This document shows positions 20,227-30,469 of a stretch of 64,000 bases of DNA, piece after piece. The stretch spans positions 186,001-250,000 of the forward strand of contig NZ_JABEMC010000003.1 of assembly GCF_013004595.1 (NCBI RefSeq), given 5' to 3'. Position 1 is the stretch's first letter. Every line of letters starts with the position of its first letter. The notes below the pieces were generated by a model, which saw only the letters and a program-made list of their open reading frames with translations, was not told the DNA's origin and did no database searches. The DNA comes from Brevibacterium luteolum (lineage in GTDB: Bacteria > Actinomycetota > Actinomycetes > Actinomycetales > Brevibacteriaceae). The translations under genes were made by a program, and so were the position numbers.

Positions 20227-21438
20227 TCACGGGGATTTGTTCAGGTTCGACAATTGCCCGGCTTCTGACAGTTGGCCGTACACCAACGCAATTCTGATGA
20301 CGAAACCGGCGCGCGCCTCGGTCGGATCGATGCCTATGAGGTCGGCGATCTTGCGCAGCCGGTAGCGCACGGTGTTCGGGTGCACGTGCAGTGAGCGGGC
20401 CGTGTTCTCCAGCGAACCGCCGAACTCCACGTAGGCGGCAACGGTGTCGAGCAGCTGGCCGCTGCCGGAGTTGAGCGGTTCGTAGTAGCTGGTGATGAGC
20501 TCGCGCACCGCGCAGGTGTCACCGGCGATCGCACGCTCGGGCAGCAGGTCGCGGGCGTGGACCGGCCGGGCGACGATCGGGCGGGCCGAGGCGGTGCGCA
20601 GCGCCCAGCCGGCGGCCGCTGCCGAGGTGGCGGCTTCGGCCAGCGTGCTGACCTCGGGTCCGATGACGACTTCGGAGGGGCCGAAGAACTGCGAGAGAGC
20701 TGTCGCAGCCTGGTCGATGTCCTCGACGCCGCCGATGACGATGAGCAGCCGGTCGTCGTGCACGCCGACGAGTGCATCCTCGGCCCATTTCTGGGCGGCT
20801 TTGCGGATCTCGTCGATGCTCTTGTGCGCGGCTCGCTGCGGGGCGCGGCCGACGAGCACGTACACCGAGCCTTCGGTGCGCCACCCGAAGGCGGCCGTGC
20901 GGCTGGCGAGCTCGTCGACGGAATCGCCGCGCACGAGCGCGTCGACGACCATCGCCTCGAGCCGGGCGTCCCACGAGCCGCGCGCTTCAGCGGCACGGGC
21001 GTAGATGTCGGCGGCGGCGAAGGCGATCTCACGGGAGTACACGAGCACCGCTTCGCGCAGCTTGGCCTGCTCATTGGGCCGGGCCAGGTCTCCGACGCGC
21101 TCTTCGACGACCTCGACGACGACGCGCAGCAGCTGCAGGGTCTGCTGCAGCGAGACGGAGCGGACGAGCTCACGGGGTGCGGACTGGAAGATGTCCTGGA
21201 CGACCCGCAGCTGGGCATCGGGGTCGCGGTACCAGTCGATGAAAGAGGCGATGCCGGAGTTGGCCAGCACCACGACCCAGCCGCGGTCGGCGGCGCTCAT
21301 CGAGCGGTACCACGGCAGGCGGGCCTCGAGCCGCTGGAGGGTCAGCTTGTGCAGCAGCGCCTGACCGGCCTTGAGGCGGCGGCTCGTCTCAGCGCGGGCG
21401 CGCACATGGGCGGCGGCTTCCTCAGAGCGAACGGGCAT
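20227..21438 (-). CDS. fasR: PucR/CdaR-family activator of fatty acid synthesis (FasR-like)
   Basis: C-terminal HTH TARSLHVHPNTVRYRL; directly upstream of fabD. Confidence 0.88.
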   Translation of the reverse strand: MPVRSEEAAAHVRARAETSRRLKAGQALLHKLTLQRLEARLPWYRSMSAADRGWVVVLANSGIASFIDWYRDPDAQLRVVQDIFQSAPRELVRSVSLQQTLQLLRVVVEVVEERVGDLARPNEQAKLREAVLVYSREIAFAAADIYARAAEARGSWDARLEAMVVDALVRGDSVDELASRTAAFGWRTEGSVYVLVGRAPQRAAHKSIDEIRKAAQKWAEDALVGVHDDRLLIVIGGVEDIDQAATALSQFFGPSEVVIGPEVSTLAEAATSAAAAGWALRTASARPIVARPVHARDLLPERAIAGDTCAVRELITSYYEPLNSGSGQLLDTVAAYVEFGGSLENTARSLHVHPNTVRYRLRKIADLIGIDPTEARAGFVIRIALVYGQLSEAGQLSNLNKSP

Positions 21439-21487
21439 GACGCTACACTACACGAAAAGAGACAAAAGATTTGTTTACAAGACACAA

Positions 21488-21515
21488 AAGCGGGAGGGGT
21501 GTTCCCCTCCCGCTT
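21488..21515 (-). terminator. aceE terminator
   Basis: AAGCGGGAGGGG/CCCCTCCCGCTT stem plus T-tract. Confidence 0.8.
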
Positions 21516-21540
21516 CTGTGTGCTCAGCAACTGCGAGCGA

Positions 21541-24306
21541 TCAGGCGCTGGCGCCCTCGGTCGAGCCGGTGGCGCCGGCCCGCGGATCGTCGAGCTGGTA
21601 CTTCTTCGACGCCTCGGCAGCGAGCTTCGGATCGACGATGCCGAGGTCGCCGAGGCTGATGAGCGCCTGGACGACGACCGAAGGGGCATCGATGAGGAAG
21701 TGCCGGCGAGCAGCCGGGCGCGTATCAGAGATCGCGTAGCCGTCGGCGCCCAGCGACGTGAAGTGGCCGGGAACGTACTGGCGGATCATGTCCGGCACGG
21801 TCCGGGTGTGGTCGCTGGTGGCGATCACCGGGCCCTGGGCATCAGCCAGCTGCTGCGTGACAAACGGCACCCGCGCCTCGGCGTCGGGATCGAGCAGACG
21901 CTCGTCGTCACAGGCCAGGCCGTCACGGCGCAGCTCCTGCCACGAAGTCACCGACCACACATCGGCCGAGACGTTCCAGTCCTTCTCCAGCAGCTCCTGG
22001 GCCTCCAGGATCCACGGCACGCCCACACCCGAGGCGAGCAGCTGGACCTTCGGGCCGTCGAGCTTCGGTCCGTCCTTGAGCTTGTAGATGCCCTTGAGCA
22101 CGCCTTCGACGTCGAGGTCCTCGGGCTCCTTGGGCTGGACCATCGGCTCGTTGTACATCGTGATGTAGTACATGACGTTCGGGTCGCGCCCGTCGTCCTC
22201 GCCGTACATCCGCTGCAGTCCGTCGCGCACGATGTGAGCCATCTCGTAGCCGTAGGCCGGGTCGTAGGAGATGATCGACGGGAAGGTTGAGGACAGCACA
22301 TGGGAGTGCCCGTCGCCGTGCTGCAGGCCCTCGGCCACCAGCGTCGTGCGACCGGCGGTGGCGCCGAGGATGAAGCCGCGGGCCATCTGGTCGCAGGCTG
22401 CCCAGAAGGCGTCCCCGGTGCGCTGGAAGCCGAACATCGAGTAGAAGATGTAGAACGGGATCATCGGCTCGCCGTGTGCGGCATATGAGGTGCCGGCTGC
22501 GGTGAACGCGGCAGTCGAGCCGCCCTCGTTGATGCCCATGTGCAGCAGCTGTCCGTCAGTGGCCTCCTTGTAGGCCAGGAAGAGATCGCGGTCGACCGAG
22601 ACGTAGTTCTGCCCGTGCGGGTTGTAGATCTTCGCGGTCGGGAAGAAGGAGTCCATGCCGAAAGTGCGGGCCTCATCCGGGATGATCGGCACGACGCGCT
22701 TGCCGAACTCCTTGTCGCGCATGAGGTCCTTGAGGATGCGCACGAATGCCATCGTCGTGGCGATCTCCTGCTTTCCCGATCCCTTCCGGGCGATGTCGTA
22801 GAGCTTGTCCTCCGGCAGCTTGACTGGCACGTGCTTGTCGCGGCGCTCGGGGCTGAAGCCGCCGAGCTGACGGCGCCGCTCGAGCATGTACTTGATCTCC
22901 GGGGCGTCGGAGCCCGGGTGGTAGTACGGCGGCAGCTGCGGGTTCTCCTCCAGATCCTTGTCCGAGATCGGAATCGAGAAGTGGTCGCGGATCATCTTGA
23001 GATCCTCCAGACCCATCTTCTTCATCTGGTGGGTGGCGTTGCGGGCCTCGAAGTGCGGCCCGAGCGAGTAGCCCTTGATCGTCTTGACGAGGATGACCGT
23101 CGGCTGGCCGGTGTGTTCGACAGCTGCCTTGTAGGCGGCGTAGACCTTGCGGTAGTCGTGGCCGCCGCGCTTGAGCTGCCAGATCTGCTCGTCGGTGTAG
23201 TCCTCGACGAGAGCCTTCGTGCGCGGATCACGGCCGAAGAAGTTGTCGCGGACGAACCCGCCGTCCTCGCCCTTGTAGGTCTGATAGTCACCGTCGGGGG
23301 TGTTGTTCATGAGGTTGACGAGCGCGCCGTCGCGGTCGCGGGCGAGCAGGGCATCCCATTCGCGTCCCCAAATGACCTTGACGACATTCCAGCCGGCGCC
23401 GCGGAAGAACGACTCGAGCTCCTGGATGATCTTGCCGTTGCCGCGCACCGGGCCGTCGAGACGCTGCAGGTTGCAGTTGATGACAAAGGTGAGGTTGTCG
23501 AGCTCCTCGTAGGCGGCGTACTGCAGCATGCCGCGGCTTTCGGGCTCGTCCATCTCGCCGTCGCCGAGGAACGCCCATACGCGCTGCTCGGAGGTGTCCT
23601 TGATGCCGCGGTTGTGCAGGTACTTGTTGAACTGCGCCTGCGCGATCGCGTTCATCGGGCCCAGGCCCATCGACACCGTCGGGTGCTCCCAGAAGTCCGG
23701 CATCTGGTGCGGGTGCGGGTAGGACGGAAGGCCGGCGGGCTTACCGTCGATCCAGTGCGAGGCCTGCTGGCGGAAGCCGTCGAGCTGGTCCTCGGTCAGG
23801 CGGCCTTCGAGATAGGCGCGGGCGTACATGCCCGGCGAGGCATGGCCCTGGTAGAAGACATGGTCTCCGCCGCCGGGGTGGTCCTTGCCGCGGAAGAAGT
23901 GGTTCTGGCCGACTTCGTACAGCGTGGCTGCCGAGGCGTAGGTCGAGATATGGCCGCCGACCTCGATGCCCGGCCGCTGGGCCCGGTGGACCATGACCGC
24001 CGCGTTCCAGCGGATCCAACGGCGGAACCGGCGCTCGACTTCCTCGTCACCGGGGAACCAGGGCTCATCCTCGGGGCCAATCGAGTTGATGTAGTCAGTC
24101 GCCGTGAGGCTGGGCACCCCGAGACTCTGCTCGCGGGCGCGCTGGATGAGGCTGAGCATGATGTAGCGGGCCCGGGAGCGACCGCCTTCGTCGACCAGCG
24201 AATCAAGGGAGTCGAGCCACTCCTGAGTTTCCTCGGGATCGACGTCTGGGACCTGGCTGGGCAGGCCGTTGAGGATGATTCCTCGCTTCTGATTGGCCAC
24301 TTTCAT
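21541..24306 (-). CDS. aceE: Pyruvate dehydrogenase E1, homodimeric (start 24306 or GTG 24300)
   Basis: [35 protein letters not shown]. Confidence 0.98.
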   Translation of the reverse strand: MKVANQKRGIILNGLPSQVPDVDPEETQEWLDSLDSLVDEGGRSRARYIMLSLIQRAREQSLGVPSLTATDYINSIGPEDEPWFPGDEEVERRFRRWIRWNAAVMVHRAQRPGIEVGGHISTYASAATLYEVGQNHFFRGKDHPGGGDHVFYQGHASPGMYARAYLEGRLTEDQLDGFRQQASHWIDGKPAGLPSYPHPHQMPDFWEHPTVSMGLGPMNAIAQAQFNKYLHNRGIKDTSEQRVWAFLGDGEMDEPESRGMLQYAAYEELDNLTFVINCNLQRLDGPVRGNGKIIQELESFFRGAGWNVVKVIWGREWDALLARDRDGALVNLMNNTPDGDYQTYKGEDGGFVRDNFFGRDPRTKALVEDYTDEQIWQLKRGGHDYRKVYAAYKAAVEHTGQPTVILVKTIKGYSLGPHFEARNATHQMKKMGLEDLKMIRDHFSIPISDKDLEENPQLPPYYHPGSDAPEIKYMLERRRQLGGFSPERRDKHVPVKLPEDKLYDIARKGSGKQEIATTMAFVRILKDLMRDKEFGKRVVPIIPDEARTFGMDSFFPTAKIYNPHGQNYVSVDRDLFLAYKEATDGQLLHMGINEGGSTAAFTAAGTSYAAHGEPMIPFYIFYSMFGFQRTGDAFWAACDQMARGFILGATAGRTTLVAEGLQHGDGHSHVLSSTFPSIISYDPAYGYEMAHIVRDGLQRMYGEDDGRDPNVMYYITMYNEPMVQPKEPEDLDVEGVLKGIYKLKDGPKLDGPKVQLLASGVGVPWILEAQELLEKDWNVSADVWSVTSWQELRRDGLACDDERLLDPDAEARVPFVTQQLADAQGPVIATSDHTRTVPDMIRQYVPGHFTSLGADGYAISDTRPAARRHFLIDAPSVVVQALISLGDLGIVDPKLAAEASKKYQLDDPRAGATGSTEGASA

Positions 24307-24582
24307 GTCCTCTCGTAGGGACGGACTCACCGTCGGGCGGACGGCGGGCGGGGGACACACAGCGATCGTGGGCGCAGCGGCATCCCGCCCTTGGGGTTCG
24401 GTACCAACCCTAAGGCACATCGGGCTTCATTGTGGAATATATCCAACCACTATGTGGAAGTTTCAGCCGCATCATGGAAGTTCCAGTGTGTGCGGGTGCG
24501 AGCGGCGCCCCTGCGGCGAGAGAACGCGGCAGACCGGCCCGGACAGTTGCTCAGGGCAGGGAAGGGGGCAACAATATGGGAT

Positions 24583-25029
24583 ATGAGCACAACTCCTTCC
24601 GAAAGGACCCTTGCACAGGACGCGGATGCTGACAGCAGCGCTGCGAACACCCTCGGCCTCGCCCCCGGAAAGTACGTCCAGGAAATCGGCTATGACGATG
24701 ATGTGGACTTCGACCTGCGAGACGAGATCGAGGCGGTGATCGGAGAGGAGATGGCAGACGAGGACGTCGACGATGTGTTCGACGTCGTCGTCATGTGGTG
24801 GCGCTCTGATGATCCCGATCTCATCGACGGCATCGTCGACGCGCAGACCACCCTGGCCGATGGCGGCATCATCTGGCTCCTGACCCCCAAAGCCAAGCGC
24901 GACGGGCACATCCCGCCCGGCGACATCACCAACGCAGCTCCGACCGCGGGAATGCATATGACGAAGACCATCAGCGCAGCACCCGACTGGTCCGGCTTCC
25001 GGCTCGAAGCCAAGAAGAACTTCAGCTGA
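24583..25029 (+). CDS. DUF3052 family protein
   Basis: VQEIGYDDDVD..IWLLTPK; divergent from aceE. Confidence 0.92.
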   Translation: MSTTPSERTLAQDADADSSAANTLGLAPGKYVQEIGYDDDVDFDLRDEIEAVIGEEMADEDVDDVFDVVVMWWRSDDPDLIDGIVDAQTTLADGGIIWLLTPKAKRDGHIPPGDITNAAPTAGMHMTKTISAAPDWSGFRLEAKKNFS

Positions 25030-25037
25030 GACTCTCC

Positions 25038-25071
25038 TCCGGGCAGTCAGGCACCTTGCCGGCTGCCCGGA
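25038..25071 (+). terminator. Hairpin after DUF3052
   Basis: TCCGGGCAGTC/GGCTGCCCGGA. Confidence 0.55.
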
Positions 25072-25167
25072 CTGCTGAGTGCACCCCATCCACAGCCACG
25101 CACCTGAGATCATCAACACCTCGGGCATGGCCGGCCCCACACCCAGTATCCGAAGGAGTGATGGAAA

Positions 25168-25563
25168 GTGGCGACGCTTTTCACCAAGATCATCAACGGC
25201 GAGATTCCCGGCGCCATCGTCTACGAAGACGACCGCTGTGTCGCGTTCCTCGACGCGCTGCCGCAGACCGAGGGCCACACCCTCGTCGTTCCCCGTGAGG
25301 AGATCTCCCACTGGATCGACGTGCCAGCAGACCTGCTCGCCCATCTCATGGACGTCGCCCAGCGCATCGGCGCGGCTCAGAAGAAGGCCTTCGACTGCGA
25401 GCGGATCGGCGTGCTCATCCAGGGCTATGAGGTTCCTCATACCCATGTGCACGTGTGGCCGACGAACTCCGTGGCCGACTTCGATATGCACAAGCGGGCC
25501 AGCGAAATGCAGGGCCCGGAAACACTGAAGCCGGTGGCCCAGCGGATCAGAGACGAACTCTGA
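25168..25563 (+). CDS. HIT family hydrolase
   Basis: FTKIINGEIP, GHTLVVP, HTHVH. Confidence 0.93.
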   Translation: MATLFTKIINGEIPGAIVYEDDRCVAFLDALPQTEGHTLVVPREEISHWIDVPADLLAHLMDVAQRIGAAQKKAFDCERIGVLIQGYEVPHTHVHVWPTNSVADFDMHKRASEMQGPETLKPVAQRIRDEL

Positions 25564-25587
25564 GTCTCACCAGGCCACCGGCCGGAT

Positions 25588-25664
25588 TGGTCGGGATAGC
25601 GGGATTCGAACCCACGACCTCCTCGTCCCGAACGAGGCGCGCTACCAAGCTGCGCTATATCCCG
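25588..25664 (-). tRNA. tRNA-Pro(CGG), CCA encoded
   Basis: Acceptor CGGGATA/TATCCCG; anticodon arm CCTCG-TTCGGGA-CGAGG. Confidence 0.97.
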
Positions 25665-25739
25665 TCAGCGGAGACAACTATACCCCTAGAGATGCCGACG
25701 TCAAAAACCGCGTCTCCAGGCCCTGGAAGAGAGACCTGA

Positions 25740-26198
25740 ATGGCGCTGTCGCAACAGGCGATCATCGACACATCGCTGCGGATCCTCTCGCGATTCGGCA
25801 TGGGCGACCTGTCGATGCGCAGGCTCGCCCGCGAGCTCGACGTGCAGCCCTCGGCACTGTACTGGCACGTGAAGAACAAGCAGGACCTCTTCGTGCTGCT
25901 GGCCCGCCAGATGCTCGCCGTCGCCGTCGCCGAGGCGGAGGGCACCGAGGCCGCCGATCTCGCCTGGGCGCTGCGCACCGTGCTGCTGCGCTACCGCGAC
26001 GGAGCCGAGATCTACGCCCTCGGCCTCGCACTCGAAGGCGACGAGCTCATCCCAGAGCCCATCCGGGAGCGTGGGGGAGAGACGCTGATGGACTACATCG
26101 TCGGCGCCCTCATCATCGAACAGCACCGCACGGACTTCGACCGTCAGGACCCGGCTGCCGGGGCCCGGTTCAAACGCGGCGTCAGTCAGCTTTTGTGA
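25740..26198 (+). CDS. TetR-family regulator, BioQ-like
   Basis: DLSMRRLARELDVQPSALYWHVKNKQ and LRYRDGAEI; short C-terminal domain. Confidence 0.8.
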   Translation: MALSQQAIIDTSLRILSRFGMGDLSMRRLARELDVQPSALYWHVKNKQDLFVLLARQMLAVAVAEAEGTEAADLAWALRTVLLRYRDGAEIYALGLALEGDELIPEPIRERGGETLMDYIVGALIIEQHRTDFDRQDPAAGARFKRGVSQLL

Positions 26199-26271
26199 GA
26201 CCGGCAGGCAGCCACCCTGGACGGTGACGATGCAGGTGACCGAGTCCAGCAGCATATGCGACGATGGCAGT

Positions 26272-26769
26272 ATGACGACACGCCTTCGCACCCGCACTGC
26301 CGCTGCCGTTGCCCTCGGCGCCCTGCTGCTCACCGCCTATGGTCAGGACCCCGAGGAAGATCCGCCGACACTTGGCTCCGACGACGCCACCACTGCCGAG
26401 GCGAGCGCTTAGCCGACCGGCACCGCCAGCGACGACGCTGCCGATGACACGAACGACGACGCTGGCGACGATGCGACTGCCGGCGGTACTGGCGATGAGA
26501 ACGCCACAGCAGAGCTGCCCGAGGTCTCAGCTGATACCTGTGCTGCCTTCGAGGATTTCGAGAGCGGCTTCCCCGACAACGTCGATGCCGATCCGGAGGT
26601 AGCCGCCTCGTGGATGGAGGAGCAGCCCGATGCAGGCGATGAGCAGTACCGCGGTCAGCTCAAGGGCCTGGCCGAGGCCACCCGCGCCTACGGTGAGGGC
26701 AACAAACCCCTGAAGGGACTCGAAGGCCAGTTGCGCGGTCTGCAGGAGCACTGCTCGCACGGGGGCTGA
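26272..26769 (+). pseudogene. Acidic lipoprotein pseudogene
   Basis: Signal peptide with lipobox LTAY-G; in-frame TAG at 26410-26412; same frame stays open to TGA at 26769. Confidence 0.8.
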
Positions 26770-26795
26770 TATCATCCGACCCAGGAGGGTGAGCG

Positions 26796-27230
26796 ATGAC
26801 AGGACTCAACAGCCGGCGCGAGCGCGGCGAACTCGAAGCTGAGGTCATGGAGATCCTCTGGGATGCCGACGAACAGCTGAGCGCCAACGACGTCAGCGAG
26901 CGCTTCGCCGGACGCAAGCCGAACTACTCGACGATCATGACGACCCTTGAGCGCCTCGAGCGCAAGGACATGGTCGTGCGCTCTGACCCCTCACCGCGCA
27001 AGATCCGCTTCCGCGCCGCACAGAGCCGCGACGCCTACGCCAGCGACCGGATGGTCAGCGTGCTGTCCTCCTCCGGTGACCGGCAGGCCACCCTCATGGC
27101 CTTCGCCGGGCACTTAAGCGACACCGACCTCGACGTGCTGCGCTCCTCGCTGCAGCAGGCGCAGACCCGGCACGCCCGCAAGGACGCCGCCCGCGCCGCT
27201 GCACGGAAACGAGACCGCAGGCGCAGCTGA
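26796..27230 (+). CDS. BlaI/MecI/CopY-family repressor
   Basis: GELEAEVMEILW, YSTIMTTLERLERK. Confidence 0.92.
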   Translation: MTGLNSRRERGELEAEVMEILWDADEQLSANDVSERFAGRKPNYSTIMTTLERLERKDMVVRSDPSPRKIRFRAAQSRDAYASDRMVSVLSSSGDRQATLMAFAGHLSDTDLDVLRSSLQQAQTRHARKDAARAAARKRDRRRS

Positions 27231-27233
27231 GCG

Positions 27234-28070
27234 ATGCTCACGCTCCTAGCCCTCAGCGCGGCCGCCACCGCAGCCCTCATCTTCACGACCCCCCGCCTGC
27301 TGGCACCGGGCTCATGGGCGCTGCGCCACCCCGCCACCGCGCTGCGGCTGTGGATGGCCTCCCTCGTCGCCGCCATCATCGGGCTCATCACCACGGTGCT
27401 GTCCGGTGTGCTGGCGATCGTCACTGCTGTCGCCGGCTACCTGCATCCGGCCCACCTGCTTATCCCAGTCGCCGTCAGCGCCGTCATGATCGCCGCAGCC
27501 GCTGTGTGGTTCCGGCTCAAGCACCGCCACCACGCCAGCGTGCGCTCTGTGCATGCCGCCGTCGCAGCACTCGAACCGCACATCATCTCCCGCAGCCAGC
27601 GCGAGGCGTTCGTCTTAGCCCGCGTCGGGTCACCAGAGGTGTTCTCCTACGCCGTGGCCCGCACGCCCGCCGAGGCAGGAGTCGGGTCCCGGCCGATGGT
27701 CATCGTCTCCACCGGGATGCAGCAGCTGCTCACCGAGGCCCAGCTGCAGACGATCATCGCCCACGAATACGCCCACGTCCGCTGCGGACACGAGACGATC
27801 CTGCGCACGGCTGCCCTGACAGCAGCGATGACGCCACCGGCGCTGCGCTACGGGCAGGCGATGCAGCGCTCCGTCACCCTGCTCGTCGAACTGGCAGCCG
27901 ACGACATCGCCGCCGACCGGGCCGGTGCCGTTCACCTTGCCAATGCGCTGGCCGCCGTGTCAGCACAGACCGGTGACCCTTCTCTCGACCTGCGCGCCGA
28001 ACGCCTGACACTCGGGGAGTGGACGCTGACCCACCGGCTCACGGTGCCCGCGGACTTCCGTGTCGCCTGA
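27234..28070 (+). CDS. M56 (BlaR1-like) membrane metallopeptidase
   Basis: HEYAH and ELAADD; N-terminal TMs; coupled to BlaI. Confidence 0.9.
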   Translation: MLTLLALSAAATAALIFTTPRLLAPGSWALRHPATALRLWMASLVAAIIGLITTVLSGVLAIVTAVAGYLHPAHLLIPVAVSAVMIAAAAVWFRLKHRHHASVRSVHAAVAALEPHIISRSQREAFVLARVGSPEVFSYAVARTPAEAGVGSRPMVIVSTGMQQLLTEAQLQTIIAHEYAHVRCGHETILRTAALTAAMTPPALRYGQAMQRSVTLLVELAADDIAADRAGAVHLANALAAVSAQTGDPSLDLRAERLTLGEWTLTHRLTVPADFRVA

Positions 28071-28122
28071 GCCAGCCACCGCCTCGGGAACGGGGTTCGG
28101 CACGCTGGCGCCGGCGTCGACC

Positions 28123-28147
28123 TCACACTTTCGCCCGCCGCTGCGTC
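28123..28147 (+). promoter_or_regulatory. Putative ECF-sigma promoter TCACA-N16-CGTC
   Basis: Motif about 30 nt upstream of the ECF sigma gene; CGTC is a typical ECF -10. Confidence 0.55.
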
Positions 28148-28175
28148 TGCGCAGTGAGAGGAGGGAGTGAGCCAC

Positions 28176-28709
28176 ATGCATGAGCCATTCGAACCGGTCA
28201 TCCGCGCCCACGGGGCAACGGTCATGCGGGTGTGCCTGGCCGTACTCGCCGGGCGCGGCGGGACGACGCACGATGCCGATGACGCGTGGGCGGAGACGTT
28301 CGTGGCGGCACTGCGCGCCTGGCCGGACCTCGACGCCGACGCCAATGTCGAAGCGTGGCTCGTGCGCATCGCCCAGCGCAAAGCCATCGACGTCCTGCGC
28401 GCCCGCTCCCGCCGCCGCGACGACCCGGTCGGCGATGACCACCCGGTCGCGGCAGACTGTGATCCGGCCGCCAGCTCGGAGACAGCAGAGATCTGGACCC
28501 ACGTAGCCCGGCTTCCGGACCGGCAGCGTGAAGCCATCGGTTACCACTACCTCGGCGGGCTCACCCACGTGCAGACCGCCGAGCTCACCGGAAGCACACC
28601 CGCTGCCGTCCGGCGGGCCGCCGCCGACGGCATCGCCGCCCTGCGCAGACGCCTCGACAGCGAGGGGGTCGGCACCGGCCACCTGGCAGAGAACGGAGCA
28701 TCCTCATGA
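28176..28709 (+). CDS. ECF RNA polymerase sigma factor (alternative start 28167)
   Basis: DADDAWAETF, AWLVRIAQRKAID, LPDRQRE. Confidence 0.9.
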   Translation: MHEPFEPVIRAHGATVMRVCLAVLAGRGGTTHDADDAWAETFVAALRAWPDLDADANVEAWLVRIAQRKAIDVLRARSRRRDDPVGDDHPVAADCDPAASSETAEIWTHVARLPDRQREAIGYHYLGGLTHVQTAELTGSTPAAVRRAAADGIAALRRRLDSEGVGTGHLAENGASS

Positions 28710-29299
28710 AAGACCTCAGCCACCTCTTCCCACTCGACGAAGAGCACATGCGCCGCGTACGCCAGCTGCTCGACGACCACGCCGGAGACGCCGGACTCGT
28801 CGATGTCGGCTACACCATCATCGACTCGCCGATCGGCGCACTGCTGCTGGCGGCCACCCCGACAGGGCTGGTGCGCGTGGCCTTCGACGGCGAAGACCAC
28901 GACGCGGTGCTCGCTGAACTGGCAGAGAAGATCAGCCCACGCGTCCTGGAAGCAGATGCGCAGCTGGCGCCGATCGCCGCCCAGGTCGAGGAGTACTTCG
29001 CCGGGCAGCGACGCGAATTCGACATCCCGCTCGACCGGCGCCTGTCGACCGGCTTCCGCCGCGAGGTTCAGCGTCAGCTCTCCGAGATCCCCTACGGCAC
29101 CACTCAAAGCTACAGCGAGGTCGCAGCTGCGGTCGGCCAGCCGACGGCCGTGCGCGCGGTCGGCACCGCATGCGCCCAGAACCCGATCCCGCTCATCGTG
29201 CCCTGCCACCGAGTACTGCGCTCTGACGGCAGCCTTGGCGGCTATCGCGGCGGGCTGCCAGCCAAACAGCAGCTGCTCGAACTGGAGGCCGCTGCATGA
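28706..29299 (+). CDS. ogt: Methylated-DNA-protein-cysteine methyltransferase
   Basis: IPYG, AVRAVG, PCHRV. Confidence 0.95.
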   Translation: MKDLSHLFPLDEEHMRRVRQLLDDHAGDAGLVDVGYTIIDSPIGALLLAATPTGLVRVAFDGEDHDAVLAELAEKISPRVLEADAQLAPIAAQVEEYFAGQRREFDIPLDRRLSTGFRREVQRQLSEIPYGTTQSYSEVAAAVGQPTAVRAVGTACAQNPIPLIVPCHRVLRSDGSLGGYRGGLPAKQQLLELEAAA

Positions 29300-29895
29300 G
29301 CGCGACGACAGGGCTCGTCATCGGTTCCGATGGGCTGGCCCGCCCGGCCTGGGCGGCCACCGACCCGCTCCTGCAGCACTACTACGACACCGAATGGGGC
29401 ATGCCAGTCAGAGATGAGGCCGGGCTGTTCGAACGCATCAGCTTAGAGGCCTTCCAGGCAGGCCTGTCGTGGGCGACAGTGCTGCGCAAACGGGAGGCCT
29501 TCCGTAAGGTGTTCGCTGGCTTCGATCCCGACACAGTTGCTCGGTACTCGGAGGCCGATGTGACTCAGTTGCTCGATGATGCGCGGATCATCCGGAATTC
29601 CGCCAAGATCCGCGCCACAATCACCAACGCCCAGGCGACGATCGACCTGCGGACCGACGGCGGGCTGCCCGATCTCATCTGGTCGTTCCAGCCGGCAGAG
29701 ACCCCGCGACCGCGTACGGTCGATGAGATCCCGACCTCGTCCGCAGAATCGGCGGCCCTAGCGAAGGCGCTCAAAGCCCGCGGGTTCCGGTTCGTCGGCC
29801 CGACGAGCGCCTATGCGCTCATGGAGGCCATCGGCATGGTCGACACGCACCTCATCGGCTCCCACCGACGCGGGGCCTCCGGCATCTGGGATTGA
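29296..29895 (+). CDS. tag: DNA-3-methyladenine glycosylase I
   Basis: YYDTEWG, LEAFQAGLSW, GFRFVGPT. Confidence 0.95.
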   Translation: MSATTGLVIGSDGLARPAWAATDPLLQHYYDTEWGMPVRDEAGLFERISLEAFQAGLSWATVLRKREAFRKVFAGFDPDTVARYSEADVTQLLDDARIIRNSAKIRATITNAQATIDLRTDGGLPDLIWSFQPAETPRPRTVDEIPTSSAESAALAKALKARGFRFVGPTSAYALMEAIGMVDTHLIGSHRRGASGIWD

Positions 29896-29953
29896 GCGTC
29901 TGCCTGGCGGCAGCACCCTCGACGAACCGGCGGCACCGGCCTACCGTGGAAGC

Positions 29954-30463
29954 ATGACGGACGACCAGCTCATCGGCCGGAGCGCAGACGAGAAGACTCG
30001 CGCCCAGGTCAACGCATTCCTGCACGCCTATGGCGCTTCACTGCGCACTTTCGACGCGGACACGAGCGCTGGCCTGTGGGGTGAACCGGGCATGGTCATC
30101 AGCGATGAATTCGCCGGCGTGCTCGATTCCCGGGAGGAGATGGCTGCAGGCCTCCAGCAGGGCTATCCCCGCTACCAGCAGCGCGGATTGGCCGATATCG
30201 CCCATGAGCTGCTCGGCTGCCGGGCGATCACCGACAAGCTCATCCTCGCTGATGTGCGCTGGCTGTTCTACGACAGCCAGGGGCGGTTGCTGACCGAAGG
30301 CCTCTATGTCTACCTGATGCGCCGCGATCGCGACGGGCTGCGCGCCTACACTGCGGTCGCCGTCGACGAGGCCGAGCGGATCAATGAGCTCACCTGCCGG
30401 CAGGCCGCTGCGGCGCTCGAAGCCAAACGCCACGCAGGCGGGGCAGAGGGCAGTCAGGGCTGA
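29954..30463 (+). CDS. Hypothetical NTF2/SnoaL-like protein
   Basis: Coding-like ORF; ATG 6 nt after TACCGT; fold is a guess. Confidence 0.65.
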   Translation: MTDDQLIGRSADEKTRAQVNAFLHAYGASLRTFDADTSAGLWGEPGMVISDEFAGVLDSREEMAAGLQQGYPRYQQRGLADIAHELLGCRAITDKLILADVRWLFYDSQGRLLTEGLYVYLMRRDRDGLRAYTAVAVDEAERINELTCRQAAAALEAKRHAGGAEGSQG

Positions 30464-30469
30464 CGTCAT

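Noticed and set aside
26410..26412. TAG as pyrrolysine or programmed readthrough
   Set aside because: No pyl machinery in the window, and the lipobox Cys is also lost
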